Source of the DNA: Opitutia bacterium
GTDB lineage: Bacteria > Verrucomicrobiota > Verrucomicrobiia > Opitutales > Opitutaceae
Assembly (NCBI GenBank): GCA_947478395.1
Contig: CANJVR010000002.1
Span: 512,001-576,000 of the forward strand
Direction of reading: 5' to 3'
DNA: 64,000 bases
Below are positions 1-10,409 of the stretch, piece after piece (within the stretch, counting starts at the first letter, position 1; each line of letters begins with the position of its first letter). The notes under the pieces are model-generated. The model worked only from the letters and a program-made list of their open reading frames with translations, was not told the origin of the DNA and ran no database searches. A program made the position numbers and the translations under genes.

Positions 1-1
1 C

Positions 2-1207
2 GCATCCTGGGTCGACCCTGATACCGGCCATCGTGTCATCCGGATCAGTTCGGAGCCCGGCTCGGCCAGCCTTTATTTTAATGACAACTCGTGCACGCCC
101 GACGGCAAAAGCATGGTCTACACCGCCGGCGGCGGGATCTCCGTCGTAGACCTCGCAACCTTCAAAACCCGCAGTTTGGTCCCCGGTCCCGTTCGCGTGA
201 TCGTCGTCGGTCGCAGGACGCCGACGGTCTATTACACCAAGGCCGGCGCGCTCTACGCGACCCACATCGACACCGGCGCGACGCGGAAAATCGCGGACCT
301 ACCGCCGCGCGCGAGTATCGCCAGCATCAATGCCGACGAAACCCTCGGCGCCGGCACGTTCAACGAAACCGATCCCGCCGCCGCGCCGCGGACCGCTGCG
401 CCAGCTGCGACGATGGCGCCGGTGTCGCAGACCGAAGTCGCCAACCGCGGGCAGGTTCTCAGCGCCGCTGTCGACAAGGTTTTGATGATGGATGCCCGGC
501 TCGCGCAGCGTCAGCCGATGACGATGTTCACGCTCGATCTGCGCTCGGGGAAAACGACGAACATCCTCGAGCACAGCACCGACTGGTTGAATCACCTCCA
601 GTTTTCGCCGACCGATCCCATGCTGCTCATGTACTGCCATGAAGGTACGTGGTGGAAGGTTGACCGTATCTGGACGATTCGGGCCGACGGCACCAAGAAC
701 ACCCTCATCCACAAACGCACGATGGGCCTGGAGGCGGTCGGACACGAAGCGTGGAGCCCCGATGGAAAAACTATTTGGTACGAAATTCGTTTTCCGTGGG
801 GCGTGGACCATTTCACCGGCAGCTACCACGTGGAAACCGGCGAGCGCTCGTGGTATCACGTCGATATCAACGCGTGGTCGATTCACTACAGCCAGACGGC
901 TGACGGAAAACTTTTTTGCGGCGACGGCGGTTCCAATACCGTGGTCGAGTGGGCGTCGGCCGAGAACGAATGGATTTATCTTTTCCGACCGGAGCTACTC
1001 AACGCGAGCGGTTCGCTCGGCGAAAATTTGGTGAGGCCCGGCGTGTTTCACCCGGAGCGCCTCGTGAGTTTGCACAAAAACAAATACACGCTGGAGCCCA
1101 ACGCATTTTTCACGCCGGACCAGAAGCACGTGATCTTTCGCTCGAATATGTTCGGGCCCACGTACGTGTTCGCGGTCGAAGTCGCCCAGACGGGCGGGAC
1201 CAAATGA
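2..1207 (+). CDS. Oligogalacturonate lyase family beta-propeller protein (5' truncated by window edge)
   Basis: Frame is open from base 2 (ASWVDPDTGHRVIRISSEPGSASLYF...). Has Ogl-type motifs WLNHLQFSPTDP, YCHEG, GHEAWSPDG, WSIH and C-terminal VIFRSN. Confidence 0.8.
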   Translation, partial: ASWVDPDTGHRVIRISSEPGSASLYFNDNSCTPDGKSMVYTAGGGISVVDLATFKTRSLVPGPVRVIVVGRRTPTVYYTKAGALYATHIDTGATRKIADLPPRASIASINADETLGAGTFNETDPAAAPRTAAPAATMAPVSQTEVANRGQVLSAAVDKVLMMDARLAQRQPMTMFTLDLRSGKTTNILEHSTDWLNHLQFSPTDPMLLMYCHEGTWWKVDRIWTIRADGTKNTLIHKRTMGLEAVGHEAWSPDGKTIWYEIRFPWGVDHFTGSYHVETGERSWYHVDINAWSIHYSQTADGKLFCGDGGSNTVVEWASAENEWIYLFRPELLNASGSLGENLVRPGVFHPERLVSLHKNKYTLEPNAFFTPDQKHVIFRSNMFGPTYVFAVEVAQTGGTK

Positions 1208-2541
1208 GCGGCGCCAATTCTGCCGTCAGCGCGCAAAAGCCCACGCGAGCGCGCTTCGTGATGATGGCGTTCGTGGTGTCGTTGGCCGTCATCACGTTTG
1301 TCGATCGCGTCTGCATTTCCCAAGCGGCGCCCGATATTCGCCGCGATCTCGGGCTCGATGAGCGCCAAATGGGGCTGCTGTTTTCGGTCTTCGCGCTCTC
1401 CTACGCGCTGCTCGAAATTCCCGGCGGCTGGATGGGCGACCGCTACGGCCCGCGGAGTGTGTTGATGAAAGTGGTGATGATGTGGTCGTTCTTCACGGCG
1501 GCGACGGGCGCGGCCTGGAATTTCGCCTCGATGCTGGTGTGCCGTCTGTTGTTCGGGGCGGGCGAGGCCGGATGTTTTCCCAACGTCACCAAAATCTTCA
1601 CCATCTGGCTGCCATCCAGTGAGCGCATCCGGGCGCAAGGCATCCTGTGGTTGAGCGCGCGCTGGGGTGGTGCGTTCACGCCGTTGTTGGTCGCGTGGGT
1701 GTTGGGCGTGACGACCTGGCGCTGGGCCTTCGTGCTTTTTGGCGCGTGCGGTGTGGTGTGGGCGATCTGGTTTTATCTATGGTTCCGCGACAAGCCAGCG
1801 GAGCATCCCGGCGTCAACGCGGCCGAACTGGCCTTGCTCGATGGCGCGGAAAAAAATGCGCCGAGTCACGAAAGCGTGCCATGGGGCCGGTTCGTCAAAA
1901 CGCCGACGGTGTGGCTGCTGTGGCTCCAGTATTTTTGCATGTCGTGGGGCTGGTATTTCTACATCACCTGGCTGCCCACCTATCTGCGGGACGCGCGCGG
2001 CGTCGCCCTCGGCAAAAGCGCGATTCTGGCTGGGTTACCGCTCTTCTTCGGCGGCGTGGGGTGCTTTGTCGGCGGCTGGCTCGCGAAGCGACTGGCGGAT
2101 CGCTCGGGCAATGTCGCGCGAGCGCGGCGCATCGTGGCAACGTGCGGATTTTTTGGAGCAGGCACTATGCTGATCGTGGCAACCCGGATCGGGGATCCCA
2201 CGTTCGCGATGATCGCGATCGGCTTTGCGAGTTTCTCCAGCGACCTCGCCATGGGACCTGATTGGGGAGCGTGCATGGATGTAGGCGGCCGGCTGGCTGG
2301 CTCGCTATCGGGCAGCATGAACATGATGGGCAACCTCGGCTCGGCGGCCGGAGCAGCCGTGGTCGGGTCGATGCTTAACAGCTCGAAGATCAGTCCCACT
2401 TCGCTGCCGACGATGGAGGCATGGCTCACGGTCTTCGTCCTCGCCGCCACGCTCTATGTCCTCGGCGGAATTGCCTGGCTCTTTATCGATCCCGTCACGC
2501 CGCTCGATCAGAGTTCACACCGACCCGCACCTGCGAGGTAG
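1204..2541 (+). CDS. MFS transporter, anion:cation symporter (sugar-acid) type
   Basis: ATGA overlap with the upstream stop. About 12 hydrophobic segments, with motifs ITFVDR, GGWMGDRYGPR and GAGEAGCFP. Confidence 0.9.
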   Translation: MSGANSAVSAQKPTRARFVMMAFVVSLAVITFVDRVCISQAAPDIRRDLGLDERQMGLLFSVFALSYALLEIPGGWMGDRYGPRSVLMKVVMMWSFFTAATGAAWNFASMLVCRLLFGAGEAGCFPNVTKIFTIWLPSSERIRAQGILWLSARWGGAFTPLLVAWVLGVTTWRWAFVLFGACGVVWAIWFYLWFRDKPAEHPGVNAAELALLDGAEKNAPSHESVPWGRFVKTPTVWLLWLQYFCMSWGWYFYITWLPTYLRDARGVALGKSAILAGLPLFFGGVGCFVGGWLAKRLADRSGNVARARRIVATCGFFGAGTMLIVATRIGDPTFAMIAIGFASFSSDLAMGPDWGACMDVGGRLAGSLSGSMNMMGNLGSAAGAAVVGSMLNSSKISPTSLPTMEAWLTVFVLAATLYVLGGIAWLFIDPVTPLDQSSHRPAPAR

Positions 2542-2597
2542 GTCGGCTCACGCTCGAATCCGGCGGGCCGCGGCGCAGGTATTTGGCGGGCCCACCG

Positions 2598-3680
2598 TCA
2601 TTCCTCTTGGTGTTGGCGATGGCGAAAGGGTTGCGCACCCTCGGATCTTTTGTTCCAGCCGGGCTTGCTCGCCAGCGCGCCCGGTTTGCGGGGACGCACC
2701 ACACTCGCCGCTTTTTCCGCTTTAAGTTTTCGGTAGGAATCAAACCGGGTGCGGTCCAGCGTGCCGTCCTCCAATGCCGCGCGCACGGCACAGCCCGGCT
2801 CATTTCCGTGGTGGCAGTTGCTGAAGCGACATTGCAGGGCGAACGCCTTGATGTCGCCGAAAGCCTCTTCGACGCCGTCCTCGACGCCCCAGAGCTGGAG
2901 TTCGCGCATGCCCGGCGTGTCGATCACGAGGGCGCCGGATGGCGTCAAAACGAGTTCCCGCCGGGTCGTCGTATGACGACCCTTGCTGTCCTTCTCCCGC
3001 ACTTCGGACGTGGGCAAATCGGCCCCGCGAACCAGCGCGTTGATCAGACTCGATTTACCGACGCCGGATGACCCGATAAACGCGAGAGTTCGGCCAGGCA
3101 GCGCGTAGGTATTTACAAGGGCCTTCAGGCCTTTGCGAGTCTTGGAACTGGTGAGTAAAACCGGCACCCCCGGAACCAGCGACTGCACCTCCGCCCGCAC
3201 CGCGTCCGCGTCGTCGTGCACATCGAATTTGTTCAAAAGGATCACCGGCGCGGCCCCGCTCTCATTCGCCGCCACGAGAAACCGTTGGATGCGTTTCGGG
3301 TTAAAATTCTGGTCGAGTCCGCTCACGAGGAACACGGTGTCGATGTTCGCCGCCACGATTTGCTCGATCGCCTCCGACCCCGATGCGCGCCGGGAAAACT
3401 TGGTGCGACGCGGCAGGACCGCATGGATATCGGCGCGCTCCTCGCTCGACCGCGACCGCACCGCGACCCAGTCCCCGATCGCAGGAAATTGGTCGGGGGT
3501 GCGGGCATGGTGAAAAAAACCACCGCCGCATTCGCCCAGCACTTCGCCGGCCGCGGTTTGAACCGCGTAGAAATTCCGGCGCAATTCGCAAACGACTCGT
3601 GCCGGTTCTAAGCCGTCCAAAAAGTGGGGGGCGAAAACGGCCGCGAGCGCGTCGTTCCAGCCCAAGTCGGCAAGCGTCAT
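2598..3680 (-). CDS. rsgA: Ribosome small subunit-dependent GTPase A
   Basis: OB-fold, AANID, NKFD, GSSGVGKSS, GRHTTT, IDTPGMR and the CxFxxCxHxxEPGC zinc finger. Confidence 0.97.
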   Translation of the reverse strand: MTLADLGWNDALAAVFAPHFLDGLEPARVVCELRRNFYAVQTAAGEVLGECGGGFFHHARTPDQFPAIGDWVAVRSRSSEERADIHAVLPRRTKFSRRASGSEAIEQIVAANIDTVFLVSGLDQNFNPKRIQRFLVAANESGAAPVILLNKFDVHDDADAVRAEVQSLVPGVPVLLTSSKTRKGLKALVNTYALPGRTLAFIGSSGVGKSSLINALVRGADLPTSEVREKDSKGRHTTTRRELVLTPSGALVIDTPGMRELQLWGVEDGVEEAFGDIKAFALQCRFSNCHHGNEPGCAVRAALEDGTLDRTRFDSYRKLKAEKAASVVRPRKPGALASKPGWNKRSEGAQPFRHRQHQEE

Positions 3681-3913
3681 GGCCGGGGAGAGAAACCACC
3701 TCCGTCGCTCCCTTCAACGTGAATTCCGGTTCGGCGCCGCAAGAAAACGAGCCAAGAGGCCGTTCACGGGATTTGTCCGGCGAAGGACTTAACGATTGAG
3801 CAACGGCCTAAACCGGTCCCGAAATCGGCGATCAGCTTAGGCCGCGGCCGACGCTCGTCCCGCCTTCACTTAATGAGTTGACCCGCTCCCGCGCTCGCCT
3901 ACGCAGGCAGCTC

Positions 3914-5542
3914 ATGCTTACCCGCATTTTTACCCTCGGAGTCTGCACCGCCGGACTCGCTCTCGCACCGTTCGCATCAGCCGCCGAGCCTATCGCTTCA
4001 CGCGGCGCCCAGATGTTTCAAGCGAACTGCGCCGCGTGTCACCAACCCACCGGCCTTGGCATCCCCGCCATTTTCCCGCCCCTCGCATCCTCCGATTACC
4101 TGATGACCGACAAGGACCGCAGCATCCGCGTCGTTCTCCAGGGCTATAGCGGGCGGCTCGTGGTCAACGGCACGGAATATCAGGGCGTCATGCCGCCGAT
4201 GGGCACGCTTGATGACGATATCATCGCCGATGTTCTCACCTATGTTCGCAGCTCGTGGGGCAATCAAGGCGACGCCGTCTTGACCGCCGACGTACAACGC
4301 GTCCGCGCCCAGCTCAACTCCGCCGAGGCCAACGCCAAGGATCCTTATCAACCGCTGCCCAAAGTTCCGGACGGTTTCAAACTCCGCGAAGTCGTCCGTC
4401 TCCCGCTCAACAGCATCCGCCTCGCCACGATGCCTGGCGCCAACTGGATCATGGCTCTCACCCAAGGGGGCGACGTTCTGCGCATCGAGCCAGCGACCGG
4501 AAACGTTGTCCGCGTACTCACCGCCAAAACTTACTACCCCGAGGCCATCGGCAAAAACGAATGTCTCGGTCTGACCATCGACTCTGAACGTCGTCTTTAC
4601 CTGATCTCAAATAACCAGGTCCGCGCCGAACCCTACCATCTCAACCGGGTCGTCATCTTTCGCTCCGCTCCACTCGACGCCACCGGCACACCGACCGATT
4701 TCAAGCCGTGGTTCCAAGTCGATTACCCCTACGGCAACAGCTATTTCAACCACGGCGTCAGCAAGATCGAGCAGGGTCCAGACGGTCTGATGTACGTCAG
4801 CAGCGGTGCCCGTACTGATGGCGGCGAAGTCGATGGCGGCGTCGCCGGCAAAGCCTCCTACTACTGGAAGGGCGGCGAAACTGATATCACGGCCGCCATC
4901 TGGCGGTTGGATCCCAAGCAGGACAAACCGACCTTGGAGGTATTCGCGCGCGGCATCCGCAACGCCTTCACGTTCGCTTGGAACGACCGCAAAGAACTGT
5001 TCACCGCGACCAACGGCCCGGACGCCGACATGCCGGAGGAACTCGATTTCGTGGAAAAAGGAAAACACTACGGCTTCCCGTATCAGTTCGCCGACAAGCC
5101 CGTTTCCGAAAAGCCGTACCCCTACACTCCGGAGCCACCTCCTGGCCTGAAATTCGTTTCCGCGATCCGCAATTTCGGACCCGCCGGCATCGGCAAGTCT
5201 GGCCAGCCGATGGCTTCTTTCGATCCTCACTCTTCGCCGACCAGCCTCGTTTTCCTCGGACCAGAATGGCCGGCCGCCTACCGCGGAAAGTTTTTGATGG
5301 GCCGTTTCGGCAATATGATTCAAGGCAAAGACTCGGGTTACGATATGCTGCTCCTTTCGCTCACTAAGAATTCCGAGGGAATCTATGAGGCTCACTCCGA
5401 AACGTTCATCGCCCCTCTCGCCCGCCCGGCCGATGCCCTCCAAGTTGGCAAGAAACTCTACATTCTCGAATACACCCGGTCCGTCAGCGGTGCCGCGAGT
5501 GGCGGACTCAGCCCCGGCCGCGTTCTAGAGTTGTCCTGGTAA
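3914..5542 (+). CDS. Secreted cytochrome c fused to a glucose/sorbosone dehydrogenase-type beta-propeller
   Basis: Signal peptide, CAACH heme motif with distal Met (GVMPP), then FNHG..GPDGLMYVSSG, ARGIRNAF, HYGFP and HSSPTSL. Confidence 0.8.
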   Translation: MLTRIFTLGVCTAGLALAPFASAAEPIASRGAQMFQANCAACHQPTGLGIPAIFPPLASSDYLMTDKDRSIRVVLQGYSGRLVVNGTEYQGVMPPMGTLDDDIIADVLTYVRSSWGNQGDAVLTADVQRVRAQLNSAEANAKDPYQPLPKVPDGFKLREVVRLPLNSIRLATMPGANWIMALTQGGDVLRIEPATGNVVRVLTAKTYYPEAIGKNECLGLTIDSERRLYLISNNQVRAEPYHLNRVVIFRSAPLDATGTPTDFKPWFQVDYPYGNSYFNHGVSKIEQGPDGLMYVSSGARTDGGEVDGGVAGKASYYWKGGETDITAAIWRLDPKQDKPTLEVFARGIRNAFTFAWNDRKELFTATNGPDADMPEELDFVEKGKHYGFPYQFADKPVSEKPYPYTPEPPPGLKFVSAIRNFGPAGIGKSGQPMASFDPHSSPTSLVFLGPEWPAAYRGKFLMGRFGNMIQGKDSGYDMLLLSLTKNSEGIYEAHSETFIAPLARPADALQVGKKLYILEYTRSVSGAASGGLSPGRVLELSW

Positions 5543-5654
5543 TCCCGCTCACGGTCCACGGTCGCGTGAGTCCATTCGTCCCCGGCTTAGCCGGGGGACA
5601 TCCGACTTTACCCAAACCCCACCCCTCAAAACCAAAACGCCCCTGTTTTCTGCC

Positions 5655-6809
5655 ATGAAATTTCACCGTGCCCTCGCCCTGATCCTCGCTGCCGCCCTTC
5701 CCGCCGTCGCCGCAGCCAATGAATACTTCGTTTATTTCGGCACCTATTCAAAAGCCCCGAGCAAAGGTATCTATCGCGCTCGATTCGATACCGCCACGGG
5801 TAAGCTCTCGGCCGCGGAACTCGCGATCGAGGCCAAAGATCCTTCGTTCGTCGCGCTCCATCCCAACGGCAAAGTGCTCTACGCGGTCGACGAAAGCCTC
5901 GACTCCAAAAAGAACCCCGGCGCCAACGGTATCGCCGCTTACAGCATCGATGCGAAAACCGGCGCGCTGAAACTCATTAGCCAACAGAGCTTCGAAGGCT
6001 CCGGTCCATGTCACGTTTCCGTCGATCGCGACGGCCGCTGCGTTTTCATCGCCAACTATAACACGGGTAGCATTGCGGCGATGCCGCTCGACCAGGACGG
6101 CCGCATCAGCCCCGTCAGTTCCTTTGTCCAACACACGGGCTCCGGCGCGAATCCGGGCCGTCAGGCATCGCCACACGCGCACTCGATCTACACCACGCCC
6201 GATAACCGCTTCGTCCTCGCGGCCGATCTCGGCGCCGACAAGGTCTTCATCTATCGCTTCGAAGCCGCGACGGGCAAACTCACCGCCAACGATCCGGCTT
6301 CCGGCGTTCTCGCGCCCGGCTCCGGTCCGCGCCACCTCGTGTTCTCCCCAAACGGGAAATTTGTTTACGTGATCAACGAAATGCTCTGCACCGTCACGAA
6401 GTTCAGCTACGACGCCGCCACGGGCGCCCTCGCCCCGCTCGAGACAATTTCCACGCTTCCTCCCGGCGAAACCAAACCCGCCAACGGTAGCTGCGCCGAA
6501 ATCGCGATTCATCCCAACGGCAAATTTCTCTACGCCTCCACCCGCGGCCACAACTCGATCACCGTCTACTCGCTCGACGCCGCCACCGGCAAACTCACGT
6601 TCGTCGATAACAAACCGAGCGGCGGCAAAACGCCCCGGCACTTCGCCCTCGATCCCACCGGCGCGTGGCTGATCGCCGAGCATCAGGATAGCAGCGACGT
6701 CATGGTCTTCCGCGTCGATGGTGCCACGGGTAAGCTCACGCCGACCGGCGCGCCGGTTTCGGTTCCGTCGGTCGTCGGATCGGTGTTCGTGCCGGCGCCG
6801 ACTCCATAA
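5655..6809 (+). CDS. pgl: Lactonase family protein (6-phosphogluconolactonase-like, secreted)
   Basis: [17 protein letters not shown]-like IANY, PHAH, ADLGAD, GSGPRH and GKTPRHF. Confidence 0.9.
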   Translation: MKFHRALALILAAALPAVAAANEYFVYFGTYSKAPSKGIYRARFDTATGKLSAAELAIEAKDPSFVALHPNGKVLYAVDESLDSKKNPGANGIAAYSIDAKTGALKLISQQSFEGSGPCHVSVDRDGRCVFIANYNTGSIAAMPLDQDGRISPVSSFVQHTGSGANPGRQASPHAHSIYTTPDNRFVLAADLGADKVFIYRFEAATGKLTANDPASGVLAPGSGPRHLVFSPNGKFVYVINEMLCTVTKFSYDAATGALAPLETISTLPPGETKPANGSCAEIAIHPNGKFLYASTRGHNSITVYSLDAATGKLTFVDNKPSGGKTPRHFALDPTGAWLIAEHQDSSDVMVFRVDGATGKLTPTGAPVSVPSVVGSVFVPAPTP

Positions 6810-6862
6810 CGCGCCGTCCGCGCCCATTCCACCAATCCCATCGGGCGCGGAGGCCCGGTGCT

Positions 6863-6910
6863 ACCTGCAGGCGGCCGGTTTTCTTTCCGGCCGACCGCAG
6901 GTTTTTGTTT
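6863..6910 (+). terminator. Intrinsic terminator after the lactonase gene
   Basis: Stem acctgc-ggcggccgg / ccggccgacc-gcaggt followed by ttttgttt. Confidence 0.6.
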
Positions 6911-6999
6911 GCCCTCCCTTTGTCCGACGCGCTTTTACTTTTCGGCAACAGGGGCCGTTCCTCCGAGCGGGTTCCGGTTGCAGACCGTCTCCGCAACCC

Positions 7000-8541
7000 A
7001 TGTCCCTGCTTCCATTCTCGAGCCAACTCATCGCCGATGTCGGCATCTCCCTCGGCGACGAGGGCAAAGGCCGCCTGATTCCCGAAGTCGCGGACGAGCT
7101 GCGCGGCACGCCCCATCCGGTTTCCGTCGTCCTCAAGGTCAACGGCGGCGCGAATTCCGGCCACACGGCGGGCGGCGTTAAACTCAATCTACTTCCGGCC
7201 GGCGTCGTGGTGCGCGACGCTGCGCACCTGTGCATCGGCTCCGGCGTTGTCGCCGACCCCCGCAAAATCTGGTGGGAAACCAAGCCGCTCGAGCTCAAGG
7301 GCCACGCCATTCTCTCCCGTCTGCTGATCGACGAGCGCACGATGGTCACCGACCTCACGCACCGCCTGCTCGACCTCGCCTGGGAAGACTATCGCGAAAA
7401 AGTATTAGCCGAGGAACCCCGCGGTTCCACCGGCCGCGGCATCACGCCGGCCTACGCCGACGAAATCAGCCAGTGGCAAATGACTTTTTCCGATTTCCAA
7501 GCCGGACCGAATTTCTTCGCCCGCAAACTCGCCCACCGCGCCGACCGCGCCCTGCGCGTGATCCAGCACGTCTGCCGCGTTTCTCCCGCCACGTTCGCCA
7601 GCTTCTTCGACAAGCTCACCACCGCTGAACTGCGCGCCAACGCCGAAGCAATCGAGCTCGGAATTTTCCCCCCATCCGAATTCGACTTCACCCGTTTCCG
7701 CGGTGCCACGCCTTTCACGCTTAACCTCGACGCGCTCACGACCGTCACTTGGGACGCCGGTGTCGCCCTCGCGAAAAACATCGGCGAGGTCCGCGAACTT
7801 ATTCTCCGCGAACTCCACGCCGGCCGCACGATCATCGGCGAATTCGGCCAAGCCTACTGGCTCGACAAGCGTCACGGCTTTTCCCCGAACGTCACCGCCT
7901 CGCACACGTTCACACCCGAGTTTTTTGAGAGCGCCGGCATTCCGGTGCAGCGCATTCACACCTTCGGCGTCGCCAAAGCCTACGACACGAAAGTCGGCAC
8001 GCACACGTTCATCACGCAGATGGACGACGCGCATCCGCTCGCAGTGAAACTGAAGAAAATCGAGTTCGGCACCAGCACCGGGCGCCAGCGCATGGTGGGC
8101 TGGTTCGACGCCGTGGAAAAGGGCGACGCACTCCGTTACGGCGGTTTTCAAGACGTGATGATTAACAAGTCCGACGCGCTCACGCATTCGGGCGACTGGA
8201 ACGGCGAACTCCTCATTTGTACCGCCTATCAGGATTCGGCCGGGAAGATTTTCAGCCACGTGCCGCGCAACGAAGCCGTGCGGAAAACCCTGCGGCCCGT
8301 CTACACGCGGCACGCGGGATGGAGTGAGGATATTTCAAAAATTCGCCGCTTCGCCGACCTCCCGCTCAACGCGCAACGCTACGTCGCCGCGATGATGAAG
8401 AGCACATTGGATGTCGCGTACGCCGGCGAGCCCTGGCCGGCCGCCGAAAAGTTGCCGAACCTCCGTTATCTCGGCGTTGGCCCCGAGCCGTCGCAAATCA
8501 TCAAGGACGTTCCGGCGACGAGCGACCTGGTGAAGCTCTGA
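7000..8541 (+). CDS. purA: Adenylosuccinate synthetase
   Basis: [43 protein letters not shown] and GVGP. Confidence 0.93.
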   Translation: MSLLPFSSQLIADVGISLGDEGKGRLIPEVADELRGTPHPVSVVLKVNGGANSGHTAGGVKLNLLPAGVVVRDAAHLCIGSGVVADPRKIWWETKPLELKGHAILSRLLIDERTMVTDLTHRLLDLAWEDYREKVLAEEPRGSTGRGITPAYADEISQWQMTFSDFQAGPNFFARKLAHRADRALRVIQHVCRVSPATFASFFDKLTTAELRANAEAIELGIFPPSEFDFTRFRGATPFTLNLDALTTVTWDAGVALAKNIGEVRELILRELHAGRTIIGEFGQAYWLDKRHGFSPNVTASHTFTPEFFESAGIPVQRIHTFGVAKAYDTKVGTHTFITQMDDAHPLAVKLKKIEFGTSTGRQRMVGWFDAVEKGDALRYGGFQDVMINKSDALTHSGDWNGELLICTAYQDSAGKIFSHVPRNEAVRKTLRPVYTRHAGWSEDISKIRRFADLPLNAQRYVAAMMKSTLDVAYAGEPWPAAEKLPNLRYLGVGPEPSQIIKDVPATSDLVKL

Positions 8542-8576
8542 CCTTTTTTATTGAAGGCGGGGTGCACGTACCCCGC

Positions 8577-8629
8577 TTGGGAGCGCGGCCGCCCTCGGCC
8601 GCATTGTCGTAAAGCGGCCGCGCTCCCAA
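8577..8629. repeat. REP-like inverted repeat (GGGAG-type ends)
   Basis: Perfect 16-bp inverted repeat ttgggagcgcggccgc (8577-8592) / gcggccgcgctcccaa (8614-8629). A second hairpin at 8554-8578 precedes it. Confidence 0.6.
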
Positions 8630-8808
8630 AGAGCATTTGCAGACGTCTTCAGTGACTTCGTTGGCCAGTCCGCTTGCCGACGCTCTGGGGCTCGCAAGCG
8701 AGCTGACCTACCTTGAGTTCAACCGCATCATTGTGGCTTTGATCGCTCGGCACAGCGCCTGCGATTTTGCCTTTGCTCCACCAGTGGGGGCTGCACAAAA
8801 ACACCGCC

Positions 8809-9546
8809 ATGAAACCGTCCCTGCTCCATGGCCTGCGGCCGCTCTTCATCGGGCTGATTCTCGTCGGCTCAAGCCTTGCCGCCCGCGGCAACACCGCAAC
8901 CGAGCCAGTGGCTCGTGGCGGCGATTGGCTCAAGCGGCACGAAAGCTTCGTAGCGGAAGCCAAGCACGGGGGAATCAACGTCCTCTTTCTCGGGGACTCG
9001 ATTACTGATTTTTGGCACACGCGCGGGAAAAAAACGTGGGACGAGCACTTCGCGCCCTTGCAGGCGGCGAACTTTGGCATCAGTGCCGATCGCACCCAGC
9101 ATGTCCTTTGGCGGCTCGAGCATGGCGAGGTCGACGGCATCGCGCCTAAAGTCGTCGTACTGCTGATCGGCACCAACAACACGGGGGTCGAAACCAATAG
9201 CAGCCCGCGCAACACGACGGCCGAAGCGACCGAGGGTGTCACGAAAGTGCTGGAGGTCCTTCGCGCAAAATTACCGCAGTCGAAAATTCTGCTGCTCGGT
9301 ATTTTCCCTCGGTCCGATCCTAAAGGCCCACCGGCCGGCTCGACCCAGATCGCCGACGTGAACGCCGCGCTCGCCAAATTCAGTGACGGACGAATGGTCC
9401 GGTTTCTCGACCTTGGATCCAAGTTCCTCGACGCCGACGGTTCGCTCTCGAAGGAACTCTTAGTTGATCAGCTTCACCCCTCGGAAAAAGGCTACGAAAT
9501 CTTTGCGGCCGCCATCAAACCGACCCTGCTGGAGATGATGAAGTGA
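8809..9546 (+). CDS. GDSL/SGNH hydrolase (PAF-acetylhydrolase-like), secreted
   Basis: FLGDSIT, GISAD, IGTNN, DQLH and an N-terminal signal peptide. Confidence 0.92.
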   Translation: MKPSLLHGLRPLFIGLILVGSSLAARGNTATEPVARGGDWLKRHESFVAEAKHGGINVLFLGDSITDFWHTRGKKTWDEHFAPLQAANFGISADRTQHVLWRLEHGEVDGIAPKVVVLLIGTNNTGVETNSSPRNTTAEATEGVTKVLEVLRAKLPQSKILLLGIFPRSDPKGPPAGSTQIADVNAALAKFSDGRMVRFLDLGSKFLDADGSLSKELLVDQLHPSEKGYEIFAAAIKPTLLEMMK

Positions 9547-9563
9547 GTCGGTCGTAAAGAACG

Positions 9564-9653
9564 GCAGGGCGCGTTATCCCGCACGCGTCGGCTCGATACG
9601 GGCCCTCTCTACCAACCAAGTCGAAGCCGCGAGCTAAGGATGAAGCGCCCCGC
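9564..9653. repeat. Degenerate copy of the 90-bp GTAG palindromic element
   Basis: gcagggcgcgttatccc...ctaaggatgaagcgccccgc. Same 90-bp span and arm motifs as the copies at 62030 and 62876. Confidence 0.6.
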
Positions 9654-9655
9654 CC

Positions 9656-10117
9656 TCACGACTCGATGATACTCGAATCCAAATGCTGAATGATCAGCTC
9701 CTGCACCGTCGCTAAAAACAGGTAGCACATGAAGGCCTTGCGGACCGCCGGCTCGAGGTCATCCAGCTCCACATCGCCGCCTTCGAGCGAATCGTCACCC
9801 AAGCCTTTGAGGAACTGCTCACGCAACCGGAGTCGCACCGCGGCGGCGGCGCGCACGATGGGCTCGGCGTTAGCCTCGTCGAACCCGACCACGCCATCGG
9901 TGAAAAATTCCTCGTTGAACAGCGCGAGCAGTGTTTGCAGGTCTTCGTTTTGCGCCGTCAGCAGATCGCCCACCCATGCTGCCTGAAAATCTGCATCGAG
10001 ATCCTCGAGCGCCTGCGGCGCGGCCAGACTTTGCTTCAGCCCTTCAGCCAGTTCCTTGATGACGTCGAGGAGCGGCGCCACGATCGGCAGGCTCAACTTT
10101 ACCTCAAGACGTTTCAT
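9656..10117 (-). CDS. DUF2017-like protein
   Basis: Acidic helical protein (AAVRLRL...YLFLATVQELII) coupled to clpS, as in the known clpS-DUF2017 pair. Confidence 0.65.
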   Translation of the reverse strand: MKRLEVKLSLPIVAPLLDVIKELAEGLKQSLAAPQALEDLDADFQAAWVGDLLTAQNEDLQTLLALFNEEFFTDGVVGFDEANAEPIVRAAAAVRLRLREQFLKGLGDDSLEGGDVELDDLEPAVRKAFMCYLFLATVQELIIQHLDSSIIES

Positions 10118-10409
10118 CGGGCTCCAGCACGGCGGTCAGGTGCCATTGTTGCAAAGTGAAAACGTACGCCTCGCCTTTTTCGCGCAGGCCGCTCCACACC
10201 ACCGAGCGCCCTAGTTCGTGCACCTCGAGCATGTGCCGACGCGCACGCGATTCATCGAAGCCGAAAACTTTTTTGAAAATCATGACGACGTAGGACATCA
10301 GGTTGACCGGATCGTTTAGCACGACGACGCGCCAATTCCCGGAAAGCTCGAGCTCCGTCCGGCTTTGGGCCTGGGTCGTCGGTGAGGGCTTGGCGCAGGC
10401 CAAAATCAT
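10104..10409 (-). CDS. clpS: ATP-dependent Clp protease adaptor ClpS
   Basis: VVVLNDPVNLMSYV, MLEVHELGRSVV. Confidence 0.92.
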   Translation of the reverse strand: MILACAKPSPTTQAQSRTELELSGNWRVVVLNDPVNLMSYVVMIFKKVFGFDESRARRHMLEVHELGRSVVWSGLREKGEAYVFTLQQWHLTAVLEPDETS

